64,000 nt of DNA from the NCBI GenBank assembly GCA_965202985.1, contig CBDBCF010000001.1:864001-928000 (forward strand), given 5' to 3'. Below, in pieces: positions 54,873 through 64,000 of the stretch. Within the stretch, counting starts at the first letter, position 1. Every line of letters starts with the position of its first letter. Position numbers and translations under genes: made by a program. Source of the DNA: Longimicrobiales bacterium. GTDB lineage: Bacteria > Gemmatimonadota > Gemmatimonadetes > Longimicrobiales > Gaopeijiaceae. The notes under the pieces were generated by a model. It did not search any database, was not told where the DNA came from, and saw nothing but the letters and a program-made list of their open reading frames with translations.

Positions 54873-56045
54873 TTGTCCGCCGCCTCCGCACCAGCCGCCT
54901 TGTCCAGCACCGTCTTCGCAGCCGATCCCGAGGGGGTCGGAGCCGTCCGGGAGGCCCTCGACGCGGCCGTCGGCGACGGCGAACTCGCGGTGGACTGCGA
55001 GGCGGCCGGCTACCACCGGTACTCGGACCGGCTGTGCTTGGTGCAGCTCACCGCGGGCGGCGCCACCTTCGTTCTGGACCCGCTGGCCGTGGAGTTGGAA
55101 CCGGTCTTGAAGCCCGCCCTCGAGGACCCCGAGCGGCGCGTGATCATGCACGGCGCCGCGTACGACCTGCGACTGCTGCGCCGGGACCTGAACGCTGCCG
55201 CGACGAACCTGTTCGACACGCAGGTGGCGGCGGCGCTGTCGGGGGAGCCGGCCACGGGGCTGCAGGCGCTGCTGGACCGCCACCTGGGCGTGCGTGTGAA
55301 CAAGAAGTTCCAGCGGGCCGACTGGGCGGCGCGACCACTGAGTCGGGAGATGATCGACTACGCGGCCGACGACACGCGGCACTTGGCGCGGCTGGCGTCG
55401 GTTCTGGAGGAGAAGTTGGCCGTGCTGGGCCGCGCGGCCTGGGCGGAAGAGGAGTGCCGGCTGCTGGTCGAGGCCGCGGTGGAGCCCGAGCCCCCGGAGG
55501 CGCCGGACCCGGTGACTCGCGTGAAGGGGGCGGCCAAGCTGGACCCGCGCACGGTCACCGCGCTTCGCCGGGCGCTGGAGTGGCGGGACGGGGTGGCGCG
55601 GGCGCTGGATCGGGCGCCGTTCCGGGTCGCGTCGGACGCGGCGTTGGTGGGCGTGGCGCTGGCCCGCCCGGTCTCGGTGGGGGCGCTGGCGGCGGTGAAG
55701 GGGTTCTCGCCCCGGTTCGCGCGGACTCGCAGCCGGTCGCTGCTGAACGCCATGGAGGAGGTGAGGCGGGCGCCCGTCGAGGCGCTGATCCCCTACCCCC
55801 GGTCTAAGACGCCGAGGAGGGCCAGGCCGGGGCCGGAGGAGGAAGCCGCGTTCGAGCGGCTGAAGGCGGTTCGGAACCGGACCGCGGAGGCGCTGGGGAT
55901 CGCCCGAGGCGCGGTCATGTCGAACCTCGTGCTGCGGCGCGTGGCCGGGGCGAAGCCGGCCAGCCGGGCGGAGCTGAAGGCGTTGCCCGAGGTGCGCCGA
56001 TGGCAGGCGGAGGTGCTCGGGAGGGAACTGCTGGAGGTGCTGTAG
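54873..56045 (+). CDS. rnd: Ribonuclease D-like 3'-5' exonuclease with HRDC domains
   Basis: AVDCE...LCLVQL, HGAAYD, FDTQVAA, DWAARPL, YAADD. Start estimated (TTG 54873 or 54900). Confidence 0.88.
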   Translation: MSAASAPAALSSTVFAADPEGVGAVREALDAAVGDGELAVDCEAAGYHRYSDRLCLVQLTAGGATFVLDPLAVELEPVLKPALEDPERRVIMHGAAYDLRLLRRDLNAAATNLFDTQVAAALSGEPATGLQALLDRHLGVRVNKKFQRADWAARPLSREMIDYAADDTRHLARLASVLEEKLAVLGRAAWAEEECRLLVEAAVEPEPPEAPDPVTRVKGAAKLDPRTVTALRRALEWRDGVARALDRAPFRVASDAALVGVALARPVSVGALAAVKGFSPRFARTRSRSLLNAMEEVRRAPVEALIPYPRSKTPRRARPGPEEEAAFERLKAVRNRTAEALGIARGAVMSNLVLRRVAGAKPASRAELKALPEVRRWQAEVLGRELLEVL

Positions 56046-56134
56046 GGCGACCGGCGTCCGGGGCCGGCGGCGCGTTCGACCGAAGCCGCGTCGGGTTGGA
56101 CGGTGGACGCCGCGCGTTCGGGGCTTGGTGCGCT

Positions 56135-56587
56135 TCAGCCCCCCTCGGCCTCCAGTTGCACCTTGTACTCGATGCAGTAGCGGGCGTGAGGCAGGGCGTC
56201 CAGGCGCTCGAAGGAGATCGGCCTTCCAGTGGCGTGGCAGCGGCCGAAGTTGTCGGGATCGGTGTAGAGTCGGCGAAGGGCGTCTTCGATCCGGTACAGG
56301 TATCGGCCCTCCTTGGTGGCGAAGACGGCGGCCTTCTCCCGCTCCATGGCCTCGGTGCCTTGATCGGCCATGTGGTCGGTGTAGCCCGTCAGGTCGGAGT
56401 CGCCCGAGGTCCGGTCCCGTTGCGCCTCGTTGAAGAACCCCAGGCCGCGAAGGGCCTTTTGCCGCTCCTCCAAGAGGCGGGCTTCCAAGTGGGCCAGCTG
56501 TTCCTTGGTCAGCACCGGGCCGGCGGTGGCGCCGTCGGCGGTGGCGGCGGCGGCCGCATCGTCGGGAGACGCATTCGGCGACGACAT
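56135..56587 (-). CDS. TraR/DksA-family transcription regulator
   Basis: DHMADQGT coiled-coil tip, IEDALRR, CHATG...ERLDALPHARYC. Confidence 0.9.
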   Translation of the reverse strand: MSSPNASPDDAAAAATADGATAGPVLTKEQLAHLEARLLEERQKALRGLGFFNEAQRDRTSGDSDLTGYTDHMADQGTEAMEREKAAVFATKEGRYLYRIEDALRRLYTDPDNFGRCHATGRPISFERLDALPHARYCIEYKVQLEAEGG

Positions 56588-56693
56588 GGTTCCTCCGTTG
56601 TATGTTGAAATCACTGCCCTTGGCGAAATCTAACGCCAGCGCCGCCCGAATCCGCCGACCAAGGCAGTCCGCCCCCCTCGGGAGACAAGATCA

Positions 56694-56987
56694 GTGGAGC
56701 AAATCGACTGCCGACGGCATCCGGGCCGGCTGAGTCGGGCGTTGGAGCGCCCGCCGTTCAAGTCGGAGCTGGGGGAGCGAATCCGCCGCGAGATCTGCTC
56801 GACCTGCTGGCAGGACTGGCTTCGGCATCAGACGCTCTTGATCAACCACTTCGGCCTGGACCCCCGGGATCGGAAGGCGCGCGAGTTCCTCTACGGACAG
56901 GTGCGCGCGGTGCTGTTCGACGAGGGCGAGGCCGCGGAGATCGACACGTCGATGAAGGGGACGATCGGGCCGCCCGACGGCGGCTGA
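56694..56987 (+). CDS. YggX-like oxidative-damage protection / Fe(II)-trafficking protein
   Basis: PPFKSELGERI...CWQDWLRHQTLLINH...AREFL. Confidence 0.88.
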   Translation: MEQIDCRRHPGRLSRALERPPFKSELGERIRREICSTCWQDWLRHQTLLINHFGLDPRDRKAREFLYGQVRAVLFDEGEAAEIDTSMKGTIGPPDGG

Positions 56988-57007
56988 AGTCGCGGGCCTG
57001 GGGCGCG

Positions 57008-58276
57008 CTAGGCCAGAACGGCGGCGATCTCCGCCAAGGCGTCTTCCAGGACGCGCTTCTCCACGTTGAGCGGCGGGGCGAACCGCACGACTTGGAGGTG
57101 AGTCTCCTTGGCCAGGATGCCGCGGGCTTGGAGGGCCTCGCAGAAAGCGCGCGCAGGACCGGACGACTCTCGGATCACGACGCCGATCATGAGGCCCTTG
57201 CCGCGCACCTCTTCGACGTGGGGCGAAGGGATCGCCCGGAGACGATCCATGAACCAGGCGCCCAGCTCGTCGGAGCGGCGGGGCAGGTCCTCTTCCAGGA
57301 CGACGCGCAGCGACGCCCGGGCCACGGCGGCGCCCAGGGGGTTGCCGCCGAAGGTGGAGCCGTGGTCGCCCGGCCGGAAGACGTCCATGAACTCGGCGTC
57401 GGCGACGACGGCCGAGACCGGGTAGACGCCGCCGCCCAGCGCCTTGCCCACGACGAGCACGTCGGGGCGCACGCCCTCCCACTCGCAGCAGAAGAGTCGT
57501 CCGGTGCGGCCCAGCCCCGTCTGAATCTCGTCGGCGACGAACGCCACGCCGGCGTCGCGGCACAGCGCCGCCGTCTCGCGCAGGTAGCCTTCGGGAGGGA
57601 CGACCACGCCCGCCTCGCCCTGCACCGGCTCGACCATGAAGCCGACGGTGTTGGGGCCGATGGCGGCGCGCAGCGCGTCGGCGTCGCCGTAGGGGATCAG
57701 CTTGAAGCCCGGCGTGAAGGGGCCGAAGCCCTCCTTGTACTCCTCTTCGGACGAGAAGCCCACGATGGTGGTGGTGCGCCCGTGGAAGTTGTCGGTGCAG
57801 ACGACGATCTCGGCCTGGTCGGCGGGGACGCCGCGGACCTGGTAGCCCCACTTCCGCACCATCTTGATCGCGGTCTCGACGGCCTCGGCGCCCGTGTTCA
57901 TCGGCAGCGCCGCGTCGAAGCCGGACGCCTCGCACAGCTCGCGCAGGAACGGCCCCATCTGGTCGTTGTGGAACGCGCGAGAGGTCAGGGTCAGGCGCGC
58001 CATCTGGGCCTCGGCCGCGGCCACGATCCGCGGATGGCGGTGGCCCTGGTTCAAGGCCGAGTAGGCGCTGAGCATGTCCAGGTAGCGGTTGCCGTCGACG
58101 TCCCACACCCACGCGCCTTCCCCGCGGTCCAGCACGACGGGCAGCGGATGGTAGTTGTTGGCCGACCAGCGCTCCGCCTCTTCCAGGTACGCGGGCGTGG
58201 GGGACGGGGCGGGTGCGGCGTCGGCGAGGGGGTCGGAGACGGGGGCCGGGGGCGCCGGGGCGGTCGTCGGGGTCAT
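57008..58276 (-). CDS. rocD: Ornithine--oxo-acid aminotransferase
   Basis: NYHPLPVV, YSALNQGH, LPMNTGAEAVE, DEIQTGLGRTG, GSTFGGNPL. Confidence 0.95.
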   Translation of the reverse strand: MTPTTAPAPPAPVSDPLADAAPAPSPTPAYLEEAERWSANNYHPLPVVLDRGEGAWVWDVDGNRYLDMLSAYSALNQGHRHPRIVAAAEAQMARLTLTSRAFHNDQMGPFLRELCEASGFDAALPMNTGAEAVETAIKMVRKWGYQVRGVPADQAEIVVCTDNFHGRTTTIVGFSSEEEYKEGFGPFTPGFKLIPYGDADALRAAIGPNTVGFMVEPVQGEAGVVVPPEGYLRETAALCRDAGVAFVADEIQTGLGRTGRLFCCEWEGVRPDVLVVGKALGGGVYPVSAVVADAEFMDVFRPGDHGSTFGGNPLGAAVARASLRVVLEEDLPRRSDELGAWFMDRLRAIPSPHVEEVRGKGLMIGVVIRESSGPARAFCEALQARGILAKETHLQVVRFAPPLNVEKRVLEDALAEIAAVLA

Positions 58277-58343
58277 GGTCGGGTCCTTGGGGCGATTCGT
58301 TTGCGGGGCGAAAATGTACGGAGAAGGCGAGGGGGTCGGAAGG

Positions 58344-61300
58344 TCACGAGACCTTGAGCCCGTCCGCCACCTTGTCCAGCAGCTCGTCCAGGGCGGCGCG
58401 TTCGGCGGCGTCCAAGTCGCCCGAGGCTTCCACGCGGACGCGGAAGCGCAGGTCGGCCGTGGGGCCAGCGGACAGCAGGTCCGGCACCGCATCGGCCAAG
58501 TCCTGAATCTGGGGGACTTCCAGGGAGACCGCTGCGGCGCCGGGCGGGTCGGCGGGAAAGAGGCCGCCGGACGCGGGAGCGCTTGGGGGTGAACCCGGCT
58601 GCGACGGACGCTCCAGCACCACCGAGCCGGCTCGGTCCCAGCCGCCGCCCACCGGGTCGCTGCCCTGGGCCAGGGCGAGCCAGCGTCCCGACACCGAGTC
58701 CTTGATCGCCTGCACCATCAGCGGCCAGGGCACGGTGTAGCCGCGGCCCACGGACACGGCCTGGGCGAGCACCGCGGCGTTGGTCTTGCCGTCCTGCCAA
58801 GCGCCGGGAAGCGCCTCCTCCGTTAGCTCCTGGGCCGCCACGGCCTTGGGCGGGGGGCGAAGCTCGGCGCTGGAATCCAGGGCACCGTGGGGAATCGGCT
58901 CGCGCCAGACGGAGGCTGGACCGGCGACCAGCCAGACGGCGCCGCCCTCCACCGCGTCGCGCACCGCTTGCTCCAGCGCGGCTTCCGCGCACCCCGGAAT
59001 GGCGGCGAACTCGTCGTAGTCGTCCGCCGGGATCCGGGCTTGATAGCCGCCGGCGAAGTACTCGGCCAGGCGGGCCCAAGCGAGGGCGGAGGCTCTTCCG
59101 TCGGCAGGGGCTCCTCCGTCGGCATCGGTCGCTGCATCGGCGTCGTCCGCGTCCGGCCACAGGTCGGGCAGGACGCCGGGCGCGAGCAGGCGGGCGTCCA
59201 GCCTGTCCAGCGTGACGTTCTGGGGCAGGACCACCTCCAGCAGGGCTTCGTCGCGCACGTCGGCGGGGACCGGTTCGCGCCACCACATGCGGACGCTGTC
59301 GTCCGGGCGGACCAAGCGCGCCACGAACTGGCCGCCCTCGACGCCCTGCAGGACGGTGTCCATGAGGAGCTGGGGGTTGAGGGCCTTCGGCAACCGGGGG
59401 TGGCGGGCGAAGGCGGTGGCCAGATCCGTGACGAAGCGCGACTCCTCTTCCTCGCGCCACAGGTCGTAGGGACCTTCGGGCAGAAGGGCCTCGGCGTTGA
59501 CCGCGGTCTCTTGGATGCGGGAGCGGTCGTCGTTCTTGACCTCGACGAAGAGGGGGCCGGCGGAGGCCGCGAGCTTGAAGGCGTGGACCTGGCCTTCCTT
59601 GCCGAAGGTCGTGACGATCGAATAGGCCTGCCGCACGGTCTCGGGGATGCGGCGGCGCGCCTCGTCCAGCCGGCGGCGAAGGCGCTGGGTTCGGATCGCG
59701 TCCACCTCGTGGCCGGAGAGCTGGTTCTTGACCTCTTCCCAGCCCAGGAACGCGCGGACCTCGCCCCGCATGGCTTCCAGCCCTTCCCGCGACGGCGCGA
59801 CCACCACGAGCGCGTTGCGGTGCACGCGAGGCCGGTCCTTGCCCTTGGTCTCCAGGAAGGCGCGGGCCACGCGGCTGGGCTTGCCGGACTCGGAGACGGC
59901 CTCCGGCCCCAGAATCACGTAGCGGAAGACCAGGTCGTCGGCCACCTCCTGGGGACCCGTCGGCATCATGTGCACCTTGACGCCCGCCGCCGACGCGCCT
60001 TCGGTCAGGGACCGGGCCTTTCGGACGGTGCGCTTGAGGTACTCGTCAACGGCTTCGGCGCCGACCCGGTTCCTGCATGCGTCGTCGTGCATCTGGCGCA
60101 GGTTCGGCCGGTTGCCCAGCCGCCAGTCCGTGGGCAGCTGCTGGCTTCCCGGCGGAAGAAGGCCCGCGTCCTCGTCGTCCAGGAACCAGGAGGTCTCGCG
60201 CCAGCGCGCCAAGCCGTTGTCCAGCTCGATCACGTCGGGCTCGCTGGTGCCGATCATGCGCCGCAGGGGCTGCGTCTGAATCTTGTGGCCGACGGGCTGG
60301 GAGTGGAGGAAGACGGCGACGACAGCCTGTTCGGCCTCGCGCCCGTCCGCCAGCGCGGGAAACTCGTTCTGGATGTCGCGAGCCTTCTCCAGCTCCTTGG
60401 TGAGGAGCGGCGACCACTCCACCTTCTTGCCCTCCACCGTCTCGGTCGTGGCGACGCCCGCCAGCTCCCGGACCGCCTCCGAGAGCGCCGAGTCGCCGGG
60501 GGCCGACAGCAGCGCCGCCGGACCGACCAGCGGGCTCGCGTCCCACTTCTCGGCCTCCCGCAGCGCCGTGGCCAGCGTGCGCAGGATGCCCCGCGTGCGC
60601 TGGAAGCCCTCCAGCTGGGTCCAGCACGTGTAGAAGACGTCGGTGAGCTTGGGGTGGAAGGGGAAGTTGCGCAGGAAGTGCTCTTCGTCCTCGGTGCGCG
60701 AGCGGTCGGTGGTCGCCTGCACCTTGGCCAAGCCCCGCACCACGCCGATGACGTGGGACTTCCAGGCGTCGGGCTCCCGAATGTCCCCCGCCTCGAAGAA
60801 GCGCCGGCGCAACACTTCCGCCACGTCCTTCTTCTGGACCGGCTCCACGCCCTCTTCCTTCTGCCTGCGCACCACATCGAAGAGGTCGGCCATGAGGGCC
60901 TTGCCCATGTCGTCGTTCTGCTTGAGCGGGTCGGTGGCGAGCAGCGACGCGACCATCGCCGCCCGGTCCACCTTGACCACCGCCTGCGTCAGGTACTGGA
61001 AGAAGTCGCGGACGCGGTCGCCCCACACGGCGTCGATGCCCGCCTTGGCGCGCGCGTACATGAGCACTTCGTCCACCAGGATCAGCGTGGACATGCCGCG
61101 CTCCTGGGGCTTGGCGACGAGCTCCGCCAGCAGCGGCTCGGCGGGCGGCGTCTCGCGTTCCAGGGCTTGGCCGTCGGCGTGGACGGCGCGCAGCCCGTCG
61201 TCGCCCGCCAGCTGGTACGCCAGGACGCTCCAGGGGTGCAGCAGGTCGCGGGCTTGGCCGTCCGGTCCGCGCACGCCCTGAATGCCCGACTCCACGTCGA

Positions 61301-61718
61301 TCTTGTCGAAGCAGAGCGTGACCGGATATGCCGCGGGAAGGTCGTGTCCCACATGCTCGCGGAACTCGCGGACGGCGGGCAGGTCCGGCAGCGAAGTCGG
61401 GTCGCGGAAGAGGTGGTAGAGGGTGATCAGCGTGTGCGTCTTGCCCCCGCCGTAGGTCAGCTCCAGCTGGCGCACGGCCTTGTCGCTGCGGGCCGCCAGC
61501 CGCCCGGCCACGTCGCGCACCAGGTCGCGCAGCGCGTGCGTGGCGTAGGTCAGGCCGAAGAAGCGCTCCGGGTCTTCGTACACGGGACGCTTGCCCCGGG
61601 CCAGGGACACTTCATGCAGGTCGGCAGCGAACTGGGCCAGCGAGAGTTCGCCCGTGCGAAGCTCCTCTTTGAGTCGGACGACTTGGTGCCAGGGGCGGAG
61701 CTTCTTGGGCGGGGTCAC
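58344..61718 (-). CDS. DUF499-domain AAA+ ATPase
   Basis: PWHQVV, FAADL, Walker A TYGGGKTH, Walker B LILVDE, FPFHP, FQRTRGILR. Confidence 0.88.
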   Translation of the reverse strand: MTPPKKLRPWHQVVRLKEELRTGELSLAQFAADLHEVSLARGKRPVYEDPERFFGLTYATHALRDLVRDVAGRLAARSDKAVRQLELTYGGGKTHTLITLYHLFRDPTSLPDLPAVREFREHVGHDLPAAYPVTLCFDKIDVESGIQGVRGPDGQARDLLHPWSVLAYQLAGDDGLRAVHADGQALERETPPAEPLLAELVAKPQERGMSTLILVDEVLMYARAKAGIDAVWGDRVRDFFQYLTQAVVKVDRAAMVASLLATDPLKQNDDMGKALMADLFDVVRRQKEEGVEPVQKKDVAEVLRRRFFEAGDIREPDAWKSHVIGVVRGLAKVQATTDRSRTEDEEHFLRNFPFHPKLTDVFYTCWTQLEGFQRTRGILRTLATALREAEKWDASPLVGPAALLSAPGDSALSEAVRELAGVATTETVEGKKVEWSPLLTKELEKARDIQNEFPALADGREAEQAVVAVFLHSQPVGHKIQTQPLRRMIGTSEPDVIELDNGLARWRETSWFLDDEDAGLLPPGSQQLPTDWRLGNRPNLRQMHDDACRNRVGAEAVDEYLKRTVRKARSLTEGASAAGVKVHMMPTGPQEVADDLVFRYVILGPEAVSESGKPSRVARAFLETKGKDRPRVHRNALVVVAPSREGLEAMRGEVRAFLGWEEVKNQLSGHEVDAIRTQRLRRRLDEARRRIPETVRQAYSIVTTFGKEGQVHAFKLAASAGPLFVEVKNDDRSRIQETAVNAEALLPEGPYDLWREEEESRFVTDLATAFARHPRLPKALNPQLLMDTVLQGVEGGQFVARLVRPDDSVRMWWREPVPADVRDEALLEVVLPQNVTLDRLDARLLAPGVLPDLWPDADDADAATDADGGAPADGRASALAWARLAEYFAGGYQARIPADDYDEFAAIPGCAEAALEQAVRDAVEGGAVWLVAGPASVWREPIPHGALDSSAELRPPPKAVAAQELTEEALPGAWQDGKTNAAVLAQAVSVGRGYTVPWPLMVQAIKDSVSGRWLALAQGSDPVGGGWDRAGSVVLERPSQPGSPPSAPASGGLFPADPPGAAAVSLEVPQIQDLADAVPDLLSAGPTADLRFRVRVEASGDLDAAERAALDELLDKVADGLKVS

Positions 61719-61933
61719 AGCTGGGCGAGCCCGGACGGTATGGGTTGCCTCTCGGTCGGCCTGTCCGGACCAACGGCGAACGGGCTCGCGATCCGACTGC
61801 CCTCGTCGATCCAGATGCCCATGCTCTCGAGCTTCTTGCGCAGGCGCAGAGCTTCCCGGACGACATCGGGATCGACGCCGCGGTTTCGAGAGATTTCCGC
61901 GTGGGTAAGCACAAGACCGTCGTTTGCGCTCAT
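61715..61933 (-). CDS. Small hypothetical protein (72 aa)
   Basis: Abuts the upstream stop (TGAATG) and overlaps the DUF499 start (GTGA). Confidence 0.6.
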   Translation of the reverse strand: MSANDGLVLTHAEISRNRGVDPDVVREALRLRKKLESMGIWIDEGSRIASPFAVGPDRPTERQPIPSGLAQL

Positions 61934-62335
61934 TCACAGTCTCCTTTGCGGGCGCGAACGCTCGTCGAGCTTCACGCTCAACACGCTGACCAAGACCTTC
62001 AGTTCGGCAAGCGCGGCCGTGACCTCCCTGTGGTTCTCGTCGACTCGGTCTTCCAGTCGGTCGATCCGGTGCCCAATCTCCTGCTCCTGGTTGGCCAGCG
62101 CGGCCGACGTTTCCTGCTTCTGGGTGGCCAGCGCGGCCGACGTTTCCTGCTTCTGGGTGGCCATCGCAGCCGACGTTTCCCGTTTCTGGGTGGCCATCGC
62201 AGCCGACGTTTCCCGTTTCTGGGTGGCCATCGCAGCCGACGTTTCCCGTTTCTGGGTGCTAATCGCGTCCGTCAGCTCCCGCCTCTGGGTGGCCAGCGCG
62301 TCTTTCGTTTCCTGCCGCAGGCTGCCGATCTCCAT
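61934..62335 (-). CDS. Coiled-coil protein built from 11-aa repeats
   Basis: AGAAAGGA upstream of the ATG. Repeats ATQK(R/Q)ETSAA(M/L). Confidence 0.7.
   Translation of the reverse strand: MEIGSLRQETKDALATQRRELTDAISTQKRETSAAMATQKRETSAAMATQKRETSAAMATQKQETSAALATQKQETSAALANQEQEIGHRIDRLEDRVDENHREVTAALAELKVLVSVLSVKLDERSRPQRRL
62092..62322. repeat. 33-bp tandem repeat (5 conserved and 2 degenerate units)
   Basis: TGGCCAGCGCGGCCGACGTTTCCTGCTTCTGGG x2, TGGCCATCGCAGCCGACGTTTCCCGTTTCTGGG x3, then two diverged units. Confidence 0.93.
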
Positions 62336-62588
62336 CGTGGCGTCCTTTCTCTTGGGGCCGCGGGCCTCGCTGGTGGGGCCGGGCCGGGGTCGTGGCTGCC
62401 CTGCCCCCGCAATCTACATCGGGACGGGCCTGGACGAACCCCTGTGGGCAAAATGCCTGAGATTTGGGACAGGAGAGCGAACCCCTTGCTCGACCCGTCG
62501 CAGAGACGGTACCCATGGATGCCATGAACGAGATGCGAAAGGGGTCGGTGTCCAGGACCGCCGGGCGGCGGCGAGCTTCGTGCCTCCG

Positions 62589-63508
62589 ATGACCCGGACG
62601 GAACTGCTCCATCGCTTCGCGCAGATCCGGACCGCGACCTGGAAGGGAGAGCCGGCCCCCCACAAGCCGCGCTTGCTGTTGCTGGCGTTGGGCCGGGTTG
62701 CGCAGGGTCGCGGGCGGCTCGTGGTGTTCGCGAACATCGAGCCGACCTTTCGGCGGATGTCGGACCAGCTCGGACCCAGGCGACGCGCGATCGGTCCCGT
62801 GTATCCGTTCGGGCGGTTGCGGCGCGACGGTCTGTGGGAGATTCCAGAGGATGCAGCGCTGTTGACCACGTCCAGCGGCAACCTCCACGCACGGGAACTC
62901 CGAGAACGTGGCGTGGTCGGCGGATTCCCCCAGGATGTGCACGACTTGCTGGCGTCCGATCCCAAGCTGGTCGTGGAAGCGGCCGAACTGCTCCTGGGGC
63001 AGCACTTCGACTCCGAGCGCCACGACGCCCTTCGCGCCGCCGCCGGCCTCCGCTGGGACTGGGCGCTGGTCGAGTCCCGGCCGCGCGGAGTGCACGAGAA
63101 CGCCTTTCGGGACCTCGTCCTCGGCGAGTACCAGGACCGTTGTTCCGTCTGCGACTTCGACGCTCGCATGGACGACCGCGCCTTCGCCGTGGAAGCCGCC
63201 CGCATCCGGTGGCGCTCCCACGGCGGTCCCAACGACGTCTCGAACGCGCTCGCCTTCTGCCTGCTTCACCACAAGGCCCTCAACCACGGCGTCCTCGGCC
63301 TTCGCCCCGAGCGATCGGGCTACCGGGTCGTGATCTCGAGCCGGGTCCTGGGATCGAGTCCGGCGACGGAACAGCTGCGGAACCTGCTGGAAGACCCGTT
63401 CGTCGCCCGCTGACGGCGGAGCTGGCGCCGTCGGCTTCGTGCGTCGAGTGGCACCGAAAGTGGGTCTTCCGGGCTCCGCCTCGCCGGGACGCGGCCGTCC
63501 GCTGCTGA
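62589..63508 (+). pseudogene. SBD-HNH (phosphorothioate-dependent, ScoMcrA-like) restriction endonuclease, frameshifted and with an altered HNH motif
   Basis: APHKP and YPF.RL motifs, CSVC, EAARI where EAAHI is expected, N...C..HH. Frame stops at 63413, and the expected tail EWHRKWVF lies in another frame ending at 63508. Confidence 0.78.
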
Positions 63509-64000
63509 TGGGCGGACGGTTCGCGAGGCCGCCCCTAATTCCTAGACGAGACTCTCATTCCGAGAGCGCGAACGGCTGCTCCCCGGCGTCGCCCCGGGCT
63601 TGTCCGCCGAGTAGGTCCCCCCCTTGTACGACGCCCCTCGTGACTCAGTGGCGGCCGGGTTTTGCGTTGGACTCCGGTGCGACCGTTAAGCGAGCTCTTG
63701 CTGGCCCGTTGCCAAGGCGGTATTCATGGATGCCATGACCGACGACTACTGGCACACACGGTTCGGCAAGCACCCCGAGGACCGAGCGGGGTCGGGAAAA
63801 GGATTCGGCGGGGAGGCCGCTGACACGCTGTCCGCCACGAATCGGACTTGCGAGGTGTGAAGGAAACACGCTCGGACGCGATCCGCGTTGAACGTTGGCC
63901 CGACGACCGGGGCGAGCCGGTCGGGGCGGGCGGAGCGCACAACCAGGGAGCACCGATGGGCATCGATTCGGATCGCCATTCGTTTGAGCGTGCTTGTATA

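Noticed and set aside
62092..62322. CRISPR interpretation of the 33-bp repeats
   Set aside because: The units are head-to-tail with no spacers and are in frame within a coding sequence.
58887..63413. 1508-aa plus-strand ORF
   Set aside because: Mostly the antisense shadow of the DUF499 gene in high-GC DNA. Only the part from ATG 62589 has recognisable motifs.
63677..64000. Group II intron 5' end suggested by GTGCG
   Set aside because: A 5-nt match is expected by chance, and no domain V or reverse transcriptase is visible.

Overview
High-GC bacterial chromosomal window, possibly Gemmatimonadota judging from gene order and protein style (inference only). It has three parts. (1) 1-15.3 kb is a mosaic defence island. 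It carries a partial AAA/DUF4143 gene, a large N6-adenine methyltransferase with an altered catalytic motif, and a diverged duplicate of the divergent MTase/Mod start region. The duplicate copies hold AT-richer cargo, including a chimeric ORF made of the first 46 codons of the type III Mod gene fused in frame to an unknown protein with a HEPN-like motif. The island also has a 21-bp-period repeat array, an IS1380-like remnant, a type III R-M operon with a TIR-like gene between mod and res, and a PLD nuclease with a putative winged helix. (2) 15.3-58.3 kb is core genome, mostly on the minus strand: radC, secA, nadD, bamD, a nucleotide-sugar cluster, the S10-spc-alpha ribosomal cluster (rpsN and infA absent), tuf preceded by tRNA-Thr(TGT) instead of fusA, cysS, pyrF, pyrD, smpB, transaldolase, pgi, pyk, rnd, a DksA-like gene, a YggX-like gene and rocD. 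(3) 58.3-64 kb is a second defence patch: a DUF499 ATPase without its usual partners, two small coupled ORFs (one built from 33-bp repeats), and a damaged SBD-HNH nuclease. All family assignments come from motifs read by eye; no database search was run. Several start codons are estimates.
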